DNA from: an uncultured delta proteobacterium | GTDB lineage: Bacteria; Myxococcota_A; Polyangia; Fen-1088 | Reading direction: 5' to 3' | DNA: 64,000 nt | Assembly: GCA_963737265.1 (NCBI GenBank) | Contig: CAVTRY010000013.1 | Location: 384,001-448,000, forward strand | Shown here: positions 21,701 to 30,485 of the stretch, piece after piece | How the letters are laid out: each line of letters opens with the position of its first letter | Numbering within the stretch: the first letter of the stretch is position 1 | Made by a program: the position numbers and the translations under genes | The notes under the pieces: generated by a model | What the model saw: the letters and a program-made list of their open reading frames with translations, nothing else | Database searches by the model: none | What the model was told of the DNA's origin: nothing

Positions 21701-21786
21701 AGGGTCAACATGCGCGTCCAGAGCAGCTCGAGAATCAGGCCCGAAGCTCCGGAAAGAAAGAAGCAGGAAAGCACGACGGATGGCAT
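18715..21786 (-). CDS. Fused membrane (MFS-like)/spermidine synthase-like protein with TPR-like C-terminus
   Basis: FFLSGASGLILELLWTR, LYAVNLFGAVAG repeats, IGYGSGVT, VVELEP, DGRNFL, DIIISQPSNPW. Confidence 0.9.
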   Translation of the reverse strand: MPSVVLSCFFLSGASGLILELLWTRMLTLVFGSTALAVSTVLTAYMGGLGLGSYLAGKFSDRLKDPVRAYAMAEAAIGIYALSVPWIIGYYPALNQWLWSTFGDRYTLLSILRFFASAGLLIVPTTLMGATLPILARYFVSRPFELGRVSLRLGTLYAVNLFGAVAGTFLAGFIFLPMVGVRSTNRVAASFDISLAVAILVARRLAPKKSAGAVGETLDELAAAAEGLPASTPAIARISPAARRAVLFAFAVSGATAMTLQVLWTRALAVIIGSSIFSFTIILLAFLIGLGSGSAVFGRLVGRLRNPVRGLALTHLGIVACIGLSYIITDRLPFVFTYLLSSTLVSADAVLTCQFALACLTVLPSTFLMGGIFPLTVRVVTGDLATVGRDVGSAYALNTVGAIVGSFFSGFFILPGLGLQRGIYLAAVVDLALAFLLFAVAPALPRARRILGMATALAMACAALALPRWNLTNFSIGFFRISMARDYIDMVERRHQKKKWQTPKLVYYKDGIATTVSVDQWGKVFSMKNNGKVDASNDADMPTQISVGLLPLLLYNNDHAPKVALIGYGSGVTAGATTQYPIASLEVVELEPAIYAAAHFFDDVNHRPTENPHVRAIAGDGRNFLSQRRDLYDIIISQPSNPWITGVSNLFTREYFQSVKSRLAEDGIFCQWAQLYEMAPWNIKAIYRTLADEFPYVMVFAAEDLSSDTILIASRKPIELDIHKIARAFENPLTAAEAKRAGFNSPHDIPAFLLLGPEELHSFTAGAQLNTDDNALIEFAAPRDLLRYQAYDPYLAKVYGPMWPYGHLTGLVEGYDGETRASDMAHLARSLLAHGKAREAKLWQKRAEAAGDTPDVAHARLLLDLVATREDRDPEVPLAPSDGLAPPVVPPSLAPDVATRVHEEYGQIVASVEKNKYASAFKIVEDWPEQTWGGKLGKDFSLLTGFLDYKAEFYGDAIDELKPLADDAEFAKLRPELLYYLGRSYFANANCAKAVAALERYVVAQQALGRPLLPGSATRSLSR

Positions 21787-21862
21787 GACCTGGGGCGTGC
21801 TTCTAACACGAGCGCAGTTGTTCCCGGCGACGGCGCATGCTTGATGCTATAGTCGTCTGCCG

Positions 21863-22600
21863 ATGCGCTACGGCATCCTTTCCGACACACACGCGAACAT
21901 CGAGGCATTGGAGGCGGTACTCAAGGCCTATGGATCCGAACGCGTGGATAAATTCATCTGCCTCGGGGACACCGTCGGCTATGGCGCCAGCCCCAACGAA
22001 GCGTGCAAGCTCATGCGCGCGACGGCGGCGCAAACCGTGCTCGGCAACCACGACGCCGCCGTGGCCGGCCGCATGGACTATTCCTACTACTATCACGCCG
22101 CCCGCTTCGCCCTCGACAAGCACGCCCAGATGCTCGAACCCGAAAACATGGCGTGGTTGAAGTCGCTGCCCTACGAATTTCGCGAGAATGGCGTGCTCTT
22201 CTGCCACGGCTCGCCCATCAGCGTGGAGGAATTCGACTACATCTTCGCGCGCGACCAAGCGGCCCAGTGCCTTGGCATCTGGGAACGTCTACCGCAGCTC
22301 ACGCTGATCGGGCATTCGCACCTGTGCAAGGCGTTCGCCATCAACCCCCAGCACCAGGGCTCGCAGGAAGTCGTGACCCAGCGGTTCCAGTTGCGCGACG
22401 GATGGAAGTACATCATCAGCGTCGGGTCGGTCGGCCAGCCACGCGATTTCGACCCGCGCGCCAGCTACACGCTCTACGATACGGACAGCAAGACCTTCGA
22501 ATTCAAACGCGTCGAGTACGATACCAAGGCCTCGGCGGGCAAGATCCTGGCGTCCGACCTGGAGCCGAACTTCGGGACGCGCCTGTTCCTGGGAATCTGA
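21863..22600 (+). CDS. Metallophosphoesterase (calcineurin-like)
   Basis: SDTHAN, LGDTVGYG, GNHD, HGSP, GHSH, GSVGQPRD. Confidence 0.92.
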   Translation: MRYGILSDTHANIEALEAVLKAYGSERVDKFICLGDTVGYGASPNEACKLMRATAAQTVLGNHDAAVAGRMDYSYYYHAARFALDKHAQMLEPENMAWLKSLPYEFRENGVLFCHGSPISVEEFDYIFARDQAAQCLGIWERLPQLTLIGHSHLCKAFAINPQHQGSQEVVTQRFQLRDGWKYIISVGSVGQPRDFDPRASYTLYDTDSKTFEFKRVEYDTKASAGKILASDLEPNFGTRLFLGI

Positions 22601-22604
22601 GAAG

Positions 22605-24032
22605 TTACGGTTTCGGTGCGGTGACGTCGGTCCCGGTGGCGCGAGTGAGGGCCGCGGCAGCGATGTTGTAGTCGTAGGTGCTTTGCAAGAAGCGAACGCG
22701 GGCCTGGAAGAAGGCAATGAGCGCGTCGGAAAAGTCCTTGGCCTCGCTCACCCCGACCGCGATGTTCTGGGCGACGGCGGCAATCCACTGCCGGCCGGCC
22801 TTTTCGCCCTTTTGCATGACCTTGGTGCGCTTGCCCGCTTCCATCAGCTCGGTGTGCGCCTTTTCGACCTCGAAGGCGATTCCGCCCAGGGCCTCACGAC
22901 GCCTCTGCTCGGCTTCCCGGGCCTCGGCGTGCAGCTTGGCGGCATGCGCGTTCTTCACGCCGAGGTCGAGCGGCATGTGGAATCCAGCCGCGATGCCGGC
23001 GCCCAGCGAGTGAAAAGGGTCGTTCAGATACGCGTTCTGGGGCGTGTCGACGCTGCTGGCATAGGCGTATGCCGCGGTTCCGATGAGCACGATGTCCGGG
23101 TACTGCCGCCGCGACTCCAATTCGGCCAAGGCAAGCTTGGCCGCCACCATGTGGTCGAGCGCCTTGACCTCCGGCCTCGACTCATGGGCCTGGTCTTCGT
23201 ACTGCTGCAAGGAACGTTCGGTCACGGTCACGGTTTCCAGCCGATCCGCGTCCACGTCGAGGTCGGTGGGTGCCTCCGGTCCGATGAGCGCGCGTAGGCC
23301 GCTGCGCGCCAGATCCGCCCCGCGTTGCGCCTCCAGGATTCTTCCGTCGATGTCGGCGCGCATGGTGCGCAGGCGCAGGCGGTCGGTGACGGACGCGTCT
23401 CCGGTTCCTTCCGCCAGCTCGTCCTCGATCTTCTTCTGCGCTTGGTCCAAGTAGTTGCTGGCTTCGTTGAGCGTGGACAGAATTTCCGTCGCCAGCTTGG
23501 CGCCCCAGTACGCCTTGCGCACGTTGAGCTCGAGATCCGCCACCATTCCGAACTGCCGGCTTTGCGAAGCCTTCACGCCCGATTCGGCGGCGGCCACTCC
23601 GGCGGAGAGCTTGCCGAAGGTGTAAATGGGCTGCACCAACTTTAGCTCGGTGCGGGTGAAAATACCGGCCGGCGTGATGGCGTTGAGGAAACCCGACGAA
23701 TTGGTCCCGATGGATTGCGTTTGCACGCAGTTCTGCTCACCGGTGAGGAGCCTCCCTTCAGAATCTTTTGCCGCCGTCTCGCCAGTGCAGGAGATGCGCG
23801 GCGCTTGGGCAAAAAGCGAGTTGAGCTCGCCCGTGGGCATCCAGCTCCGCTTCGCCTCGAGCAGCTGGGCTTCGATGCCGGCCGTGGCTTGCTCGCCCGC
23901 GGCCAGGCCGGGATTTCCCTTTCTCGCCAGATCGAGAATCTCGTCGAGCTTGTACGGTTTCGCCTGCGCCCAATCGGGCTGGCACAATCCAAACACTAGG
24001 AATGCGGTGGCAGCTAGCTGTTGCTTCATCAT
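22605..24032 (-). CDS. TolC-family outer membrane efflux protein
   Basis: Signal peptide, QPIYTFGK, coiled-coil repeats, YNIAAAALTRATG end. Confidence 0.85.
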   Translation of the reverse strand: MMKQQLAATAFLVFGLCQPDWAQAKPYKLDEILDLARKGNPGLAAGEQATAGIEAQLLEAKRSWMPTGELNSLFAQAPRISCTGETAAKDSEGRLLTGEQNCVQTQSIGTNSSGFLNAITPAGIFTRTELKLVQPIYTFGKLSAGVAAAESGVKASQSRQFGMVADLELNVRKAYWGAKLATEILSTLNEASNYLDQAQKKIEDELAEGTGDASVTDRLRLRTMRADIDGRILEAQRGADLARSGLRALIGPEAPTDLDVDADRLETVTVTERSLQQYEDQAHESRPEVKALDHMVAAKLALAELESRRQYPDIVLIGTAAYAYASSVDTPQNAYLNDPFHSLGAGIAAGFHMPLDLGVKNAHAAKLHAEAREAEQRRREALGGIAFEVEKAHTELMEAGKRTKVMQKGEKAGRQWIAAVAQNIAVGVSEAKDFSDALIAFFQARVRFLQSTYDYNIAAAALTRATGTDVTAPKP

Positions 24033-24094
24033 GGTGAGTCGCAGGGTGTTTCGCGTTTGACCCAGAGGGAGTCACATGATACCGCAAACCAACG

Positions 24095-24616
24095 ATGAAA
24101 AGCCCGGTGGAGAATAGGCACACGGTGGCCGCGTCGCGGGTCGAGACGGCCCAGGCCGTGCTGCCGGGACATACGAATACCATGGGCACGCTGTTCGGCG
24201 GCCTTCTGATGCAATGGATCGACGTGGCGGCGGCGATTTCGGCCTCGCGCCATGCCCGCGGCCCGGTGGTGACCGCGTCCATGGACCGACTGCATTTTCT
24301 GCGGCCGGTGCGCCTCGAAGAATTCGTGATCGTTCGCGCCGAGGTCAGCTTCACGGCGCGCACGTCGCTGGAGGTCGAGGTGGATGTGCTGTCGGAAAAT
24401 ACCTGGACCGGCGAACGCGCCGCGACCACCCACGCACTGCTGACCTTCGTCGCCGTCGACGAACAAGGGCAGCCGCGCCCCGTGCCCAAGCTGCATCTCG
24501 AAACCGCCTCCGAACGGCGGCGTTTCAAGCAGGCCGCCGCTCGCCGGGCAGTCCGCCTGCGGGAACGCGCGGATCTCGAACGCAGTCGCGCGCATCGAAG
24601 GAGCAACCATGTCTGA
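24095..24616 (+). CDS. Acyl-CoA thioesterase (hotdog fold, YciA-like)
   Basis: NTMGTLFGG, WIDVAA, VTASMD, TFVAVD. Confidence 0.92.
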   Translation: MKSPVENRHTVAASRVETAQAVLPGHTNTMGTLFGGLLMQWIDVAAAISASRHARGPVVTASMDRLHFLRPVRLEEFVIVRAEVSFTARTSLEVEVDVLSENTWTGERAATTHALLTFVAVDEQGQPRPVPKLHLETASERRRFKQAAARRAVRLRERADLERSRAHRRSNHV

Positions 24617-25595
24617 CCATTCTGAATTGCAGGCGATGCGCGCATCGGCTGTGCTGGCCGGCGGCGCCGGTCACGACGTTCTCCGCGCCACCGGCAACGA
24701 CCGGGTGAGCTTCCTGCACCGGATCACGTCCGGCAAGGTCGCCGGGACGGAGCCGGGCCAGGGCTGCCGTACGCTGTTGCTCGACGTGCGTGGACGCGTC
24801 CTGGCTAGCCTGCTGGTGTTCGTGCGCGGCAAGAGTGTCCGCCTCATAGCCCCCGGCGGGCAGGGCGCGGACGTCGTGGCCGGCCTTTCCAAGTACGCCA
24901 TCATGGATGACTTCCAGATCGTCCTCGAACCTGAGCTGGCCACGCTGGCCGTGCTGGGCCCGCAGGCAGCTCGCGCGCTAGCCGACGTGGGCGTGTCCAC
25001 GCCTTTGTCGCTGCTCGAGGCACCGCTTTACGCTCACACGGAAGTCGCCAGCGAGTCGTACGGCCCGCTTTGGATCGCGCACGGGCGCGTCAGCGGGGCG
25101 GATGGTTTGTGCGTGGTCGCCGGCAAGGTCGCGCGCGACGCCTTGGCCCAGGCGCTGCTGGATCGAGGCATGCCCCGGCTGTCGCAGGAGCTCGCCGAAG
25201 CCCTGCGCATTGTCGCGATGGAACCTAAGCCAGGAAACGAAATCACGCCGGACCGATTTCCTGTCGAGATCGGCCTCGGCGCGGCCATCGACCACAACAA
25301 GGGCTGCTACGTCGGCCAGGAAACCATCGTGCGCATGCGCGACCGCGGAATCATCCGCAAGCGGCTGGTGCTGTTGCGCTTGGCTGGTGAAACGACGCCC
25401 GATCCCTGCGACAAGCTGGTGGCGCAAGCTCAGCCCGTCGGCCAGATCACCAGCGTCGGTTGCCTACCCGGCGATAAGCCCGTGGCACTCGCCATCCTGG
25501 CCGCGGCGATACCCGTTGGAGCCACGGTCCAGATTCAACATGCGGATGCGCCGCTGGACGCCGACGTTGGCGCGGAATCGCCCCCCTGGGGCTAG
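24609..25595 (+). CDS. ygfZ: YgfZ/GcvT-family folate-binding protein
   Basis: KGCYVGQE signature. Confidence 0.88.
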   Translation: MSDHSELQAMRASAVLAGGAGHDVLRATGNDRVSFLHRITSGKVAGTEPGQGCRTLLLDVRGRVLASLLVFVRGKSVRLIAPGGQGADVVAGLSKYAIMDDFQIVLEPELATLAVLGPQAARALADVGVSTPLSLLEAPLYAHTEVASESYGPLWIAHGRVSGADGLCVVAGKVARDALAQALLDRGMPRLSQELAEALRIVAMEPKPGNEITPDRFPVEIGLGAAIDHNKGCYVGQETIVRMRDRGIIRKRLVLLRLAGETTPDPCDKLVAQAQPVGQITSVGCLPGDKPVALAILAAAIPVGATVQIQHADAPLDADVGAESPPWG

Positions 25596-25640
25596 AAACG
25601 GGTTGACTCCCGTCGTGAATTTTCGCGTTCCGGAATCTAG
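25592..25640. repeat. Partial copy of the left end of the 30211 MITE
   Basis: CTAG...TTGACTCCCGTCGTGAA (17 bp identical to the 30211 element's left end), followed by another CTAG at 25637. Confidence 0.55.
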
Positions 25641-26077
25641 TTCCGTCAGTCGTCCAGTTTCCGTGTCGTGCGGCTCTTGCGCGCAAACCAACCGACCATA
25701 GCCACGAGCGCGAAAAGAATGGCCGGTGATGTCGATCGGTCGTTCAAACGAGCCGTAGTCAGGCGGCATGCGCACCCTCCTGAAGTACTATTTGCGGAGC
25801 TGGTCACGCCGCCGATTTCGGTGGTGCCGCCGGTCCCGGTCGCGCTGTTCGTGCCGCCGGAGCCCAGCTTGCCAGCGCTTTAGGTCGTGCCGATAGGTTG
25901 AGAGAAGATCGACGTGTACGTGACTGTAGTTGACGTAATGTTTTTATCAGGCATTGAAAGCAAAGTGGCGCTCGAATGGACCATCGCCACTATGTCGACG
26001 ATTTCCTCGCGGACTGGCAACTTTTCCCAGCCAGTAGTGTTAAGATACCCTTGGCTTTCATCCATGGGAGCGAATTA

Positions 26078-27523
26078 ATGAAGCGGAACGCGATTTCTGT
26101 TTTCGGTATGGGAGTACTTCTGACGTTTGGACTGCTCGCACCCGGTTGCGGAAGCAGCTTCGGTGGAAGCCCAGGTTCAGGCGGTGTCACCAGCACGGGC
26201 GGCAATTTCCTCTCGGGAGGAAGCACCAGCGCAGGCGGCAGCGGGAGCGGCGGTACGGTCGGATTGGGCGGCGTAAGTGGCAGCGGTGGCACATTGTCGT
26301 CAGGCGGTGTCGGCTCGGGCGGTACAACGGCCAGAGGCGGCAGCACGGGGAGCGGTGGAACATCGACTGGTGGCGTGGCAAGTGGCGGCACGATTGGCAG
26401 TGGCGGCACGATTGGCAGTGGCGGCACGATTGGCAGTGGCGGCACGATTGGCAGTGGCGGCTCGGTTGCATCAGGCGGGACCACGGCCAGGGGCGGGGCC
26501 AGTGGCGGTGCGGGCGGGGCAGCCGGAAGCCCCGGCACAGGTGGTTCGACGGTCGCCAGCGGCGGCTCGACGGCGACCGGTGGCTCGGGCGGTGTTTCGG
26601 TCGTGCAATGTGGCCTTCCGGCAATCGGCAGTGGCAACGTGGCAAAGCCAGCCGGAGCTGCAGGCAATCTCAAGGTCATCAATTGGGCTGGATTCCAAGG
26701 CGCCGTCAGTTACACCTTCGACGACGCCAACCAGACGCAAATTGACAATTACCCCACGCTCAATGGGCTTGGCGCTCACATGACATTCTACCTGATCACG
26801 AGCAAGAGCACGATGTCGAGCAGCGTTTGGCCGCAAGCGGTGAAAGACGGACACGAACTGGGCAACCACAGCCAAACTCACCCACAGATCGCCACCGCCG
26901 CTGAAATCGATGGGGCCACGGCATTTATCGAACAGCACTTTGGCGTAACGCCCTACACCATGGCCGCGCCATACGGTGACCCGAGCTACGAGCCATTTGC
27001 AAAGACACGGTTCCTCATCAATCGTGGCGTCAGCAATGCGCTAATCATGCCCAACGACAACACCGACCCATGGAATTTGTCTTGTTACATTCCGCCGGCT
27101 GGAGCACTCGCGAGCGCCTTCAACGCGCAAATCGATTCGGCGCAATCGGGCGGTGGGTGGCGGGTGGTCCTGGTCCACGGCTTCACCGGTGGAACCGATG
27201 GCGCCTATCAACCGGTCGCCATCGCGGAATTCGCGTCGGGCGTTACGCACGCCAAGTCTCTCGGCAACATGTGGCTCGACAGTGTCGAGAACGTGGGTTC
27301 TTATTGGGTTGCACAAAAGCTGATTTCGTCGACCGTCGCAAGCACATCGGGCAGCGACAAGACGTGGACCTGGACGCTCCCCAGTAACTTCCCTCCGGGA
27401 AAATGCGTCCGTGTCACCGTCGACGGAGGCACCCTCAAGCAGGGCGGCGCCACGCTTACCTGGAGCCCCAACGGTTACTACGAGGTCTCCCTGGATTCGG
27501 GCGCGCTCACCTTGTCGCCCTGA
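26078..27523 (+). CDS. Polysaccharide deacetylase (CE4/NodB-like) lipoprotein with Gly/Ser/Thr linker
   Basis: Lipobox LAPGC, SYTFDD, GHELGNHSQTH; linker has an 18-bp tandem repeat (SGGTIG x4). Confidence 0.85.
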   Translation: MKRNAISVFGMGVLLTFGLLAPGCGSSFGGSPGSGGVTSTGGNFLSGGSTSAGGSGSGGTVGLGGVSGSGGTLSSGGVGSGGTTARGGSTGSGGTSTGGVASGGTIGSGGTIGSGGTIGSGGTIGSGGSVASGGTTARGGASGGAGGAAGSPGTGGSTVASGGSTATGGSGGVSVVQCGLPAIGSGNVAKPAGAAGNLKVINWAGFQGAVSYTFDDANQTQIDNYPTLNGLGAHMTFYLITSKSTMSSSVWPQAVKDGHELGNHSQTHPQIATAAEIDGATAFIEQHFGVTPYTMAAPYGDPSYEPFAKTRFLINRGVSNALIMPNDNTDPWNLSCYIPPAGALASAFNAQIDSAQSGGGWRVVLVHGFTGGTDGAYQPVAIAEFASGVTHAKSLGNMWLDSVENVGSYWVAQKLISSTVASTSGSDKTWTWTLPSNFPPGKCVRVTVDGGTLKQGGATLTWSPNGYYEVSLDSGALTLSP

Positions 27524-27623
27524 CCTGAAACTACCTCAAGAGCGAGTGCCTCGAACGGATGGTGCCACTGCGCGAAGGGCATTTGCGACGGAAATTTCGG
27601 AATACATGGCTCACCACCGCTGT

Positions 27624-28189
27624 GGGTGCCTCCCTGAAACAGGGGCCCCAGCCGGGGGCTCGGTGAGGTAGCAACTTCTGGCGGAGTGCCGCCGAAAACG
27701 CAGATATGGAACAGCGAGGAACGGAGAAACAGAGACAGGATGACTTTACTGGGCAAATTATCGCCGCCTGCATCGAAGTCCACCGTCACCTCGGTCCCGG
27801 GCTGCTTGAGTCGGCCTACGAGCACTGCCTGGCGCGCGAGCTAGGCCTGCGTGGATTTCGCACGCAACGTCAGGTCGCGATTTCTCTGCAGTACAAAGGC
27901 ATTGACCTCGACTGCGGCTATCGCCTCGACCTCATGGTGGAAGGCCGTTTGGTCGTCGAAGTCAAGGCGGTAGAGCAGTTGCTTCCTGTCCACTTGGCAC
28001 AGTCATTACCTATCTCATGCCGGTGGGCCTGCTCGTCAATTTCCACGTCCCCGTACTTCGCGAGGGTCTCCGCCGCCTCGTCAACCCAACCCGTGATTCC
28101 TCTGGTCCTCCGTTCCTCCCTGTTTTTCCCTCCGATCCCACCTGCGCGGGGCGAGGTGAAGCCACAGCCCCCATTTCAGGGAAGCACCC
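27624..28189. mobile_element. 566-bp element with terminal inverted repeats and a 9-bp target-site duplication, carrying a GxxExxY gene
   Basis: Left GGGTGCCTCCCTGAAACAGGGG; right (reverse complement) GGGTGCTTCCCTGAAATGGGGG; CACCGCTGT at 27615-27623 and 28190-28198. Confidence 0.88.
27706..28095 (+). pseudogene. GxxExxY protein (PD-(D/E)XK nuclease-like), frameshift and small deletion near 28003-28017
   Basis: IEVHRHLGPGLLESAY, YRLDLMVE, VVEVKAV, then GLLVNF...GLRRLVN in another frame. Confidence 0.85.
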
Positions 28190-28281
28190 CACCGCTGTTG
28201 CGCGCTTCCCTTTCTCAACCGTGATCGCTACACTGTTGATCCGATCGCGACAGTCGACTTTACGAGACAAGGAGAACGACC

Positions 28282-29752
28282 ATGACGTACTCATCGCTGA
28301 CCAGAGCGTGCGCTGCATGCATGGGTGTGCTCGGCATGCTCGCCTGGCTTGACGGCTGCGATGGCGGTGGAGGCACGGCGGGCGCGGGCGGCGCGACGGG
28401 AACCGGCGGTACATCGAGCACCGGCGGAACCTCGGGCACGGGTAGCACATCGAGCACCGGCGGAACCTCGGGCACGGGTGGCACATCGAGCGCCGGCGGA
28501 ACCTCGAGCGCGGGTGGCACATCGAGCACCGGCGGGGCGGGTGCGGGCGGCTCGTCGGGCGGAGGCAGAACCTCGTCGAGCACGGGCGGCGCATCGGCCG
28601 CGGGCGGCACATTCGCGGCCGGTGGGACGTTCGAGCACGGGGGGAACGTCGGGTACGGGCGGCGTGTCGAACACGGGCGGCTCTTCGGCACCGCGTGACG
28701 GCGGCGCCAACCCGGATAGCTCTCCCGCCCCGGATGGCAGGCCCGACACGGGCGAGGGCGGGCCGGCCAGCGTCCGGCTGCAGGGACGTTTCGACATGAC
28801 GGACGCCACGCGGCCGTCCTTCGGCTGGTCTGGTAGTGCGATGATCGCGCGCTTCCAGGGCACCGGCGCCAACTTGCGCATCGACGGCAGCCCCAACCAG
28901 TTCGCGGTGGTCGTGGACGGCACGCTGGTTTCGCAAGTTCTCAAGGTCGTGAGCGGCACCACGCAATACACACTGGCGAGCGGCCTTTCCTCGGGCGTAC
29001 ACGACGTGGTGGTTTGGCGTCGCACCGAGGGCAACCAGGGCGAGAACCGCTTCCTTGGCCTCGACGTCGTGGGCGGGCAACTGCAAGCCCCTCCGGCGCA
29101 AGTCGATCGCCGCATCGAGATCTATGGCGACTCGATCACCGCAGGCTATGGAATGGATGGGGCCGGGCCGAACTGTGCTTTTACGCCCGACACGGAAGAC
29201 CACTACTTGACCTACGGCGCGCTGACGGCGCGCACGCTGGGCGCCGATCTCCACACCATCGCGTGGTCGGGCATCGGGATGTACCGAAACTACGGCGTCA
29301 GCGGCGCATCGCCCGATGCCATGCCGTCGGTGTACGCACGCACCCTGCCCACGCAGTCGGGCAGCGTGTGGGACTTCACCATCTGGCAACCGCATGCGGT
29401 GGTCATCAATCTGGGAACCAACGACGCCTCGACCAATGGAGATCCCGGCACGCCCTACGAGACCGCCTACCTGAGCTTCGTGCGCAACCTGCGCCAGAAA
29501 TACCCGAACACCTTTTTCGTGCTCACCATCGGACCCATGCTGGGCGGCAGCAGCCTCGCGGCCATCAGAGGGCACCTCCAAAATGTGATTTCGACCCGCG
29601 GCAGCGAGGGCGATACCAAGATGTCCTATCTTGAGTTCCCGGTGCAGGATGCGGCGGATGGTCTCGGTTGTGATTGGCACCCCAGCCCGACGACCAACGC
29701 CAAGATGGCAACCCTGCTCACCGCCGAACTCAAGACACGCCTAGGCTGGTAG
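28282..29752 (+). CDS. CE2-type SGNH/GDSL acetyl esterase with Gly/Thr linker, probable lipoprotein; +1 frameshift near 28630
   Basis: LDGC lipobox-like site, WSGS, RRTE, IEIYGDSITAGYG, INLGTND, DWHP; one extra T. Confidence 0.85.
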
Positions 29753-29774
29753 CAGCCGCCAACCCCGGAATCGG

Positions 29775-30097
29775 GTCTGCCGCCGCTGGTGGAAACCGAC
29801 TGTCCGCCGCTGCAGCAAGCGCATCCTCCGCTTCCTCCAGCGCCACGGCGTCATCGCCCTCGTCACCGCTCCCGGCGATGGCGAAGTCACCGTCGTCAGC
29901 GACGAGTCGATGGCCGAGCAAGACCCGCTGCCGGCCAAGCTTTTGGCCGCCGCCACCGCTGGCGAGGCGCCCGCGGGTCCCGCCAGCAAGCGTTAGCCCG
30001 TGCGCATCGTGCTCCACCCCGACGACCGCCCCGTCACCAAGGGCATCTTGTGCGCGCAGGCCCACGGCTTCAACCTGCAAGCCGCCACCCGGGTTGG
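29775..30097 (+). mobile_element. IS91-like (Y2/HUH) transposase internal fragment with in-frame stop
   Basis: RILRFLQRHG...AKLLAAATAG...*...LCAQAHGFNLQAAT resembles the CAxxxGFxLHA motif. Confidence 0.6.
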
Positions 30098-30125
30098 AGC
30101 ATGGTACTGTGAGAAAACACAAAAC

Positions 30126-30199
30126 GAAGAGCCGTATGCCTAAATTGGGCACGTACGGTTCTGTGAGGAGCGCCGGCCTAAAGCCGGTGTTTACTTGAT
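30126..30199 (+). ncRNA. Group II intron 3' remnant (domains V and VI)
   Basis: GAGCCGTATGCCTAAATTGGGCACGTACGGTTC hairpin with AGC triad; DVI stem CGCCGGC/GCCGGTG, A seven nt from the terminal AT. Confidence 0.82.
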
Positions 30200-30210
30200 G
30201 GTCAAGACAC

Positions 30211-30418
30211 CTAGAGCACCGAACGGTTTGACTCCCGTCGTGAAATCGCGCATTTGCGTCGCGTCCCTGCGTTGCTCGTCGGTCAAATACGTCGAGTATT
30301 CTCCCTCGGCACCCGCCACCCACCCCACCGTCCCCTCGCTTCGCTCGGCCTCGCCGCGCCTTGGGCCGCTCGCAACTGCGCAATTTCACTCGGTCCCTCA
30401 AACCGTTCGGTGCTCTAG
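30211..30418. mobile_element. MITE (208 bp including both CTAG) with perfect 21-bp terminal inverted repeats
   Basis: CTAGAGCACCGAACGGTTTGA ... TCAAACCGTTCGGTGCTCTAG. Confidence 0.88.
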
Positions 30419-30485
30419 GGAGCAAGGGGTTCTCGAACAGAAAATCCTCCTTCGAAAAGGGCCGTGCACACCGAAAGGAAGGGTC

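Noticed and set aside
26385-26460. 18-bp tandem repeats (also 30705-30765 and 28400-28530) that look array-like
   Set aside because: In-frame Gly/Ser/Thr linker coding repeats with no unique spacers; not CRISPR.
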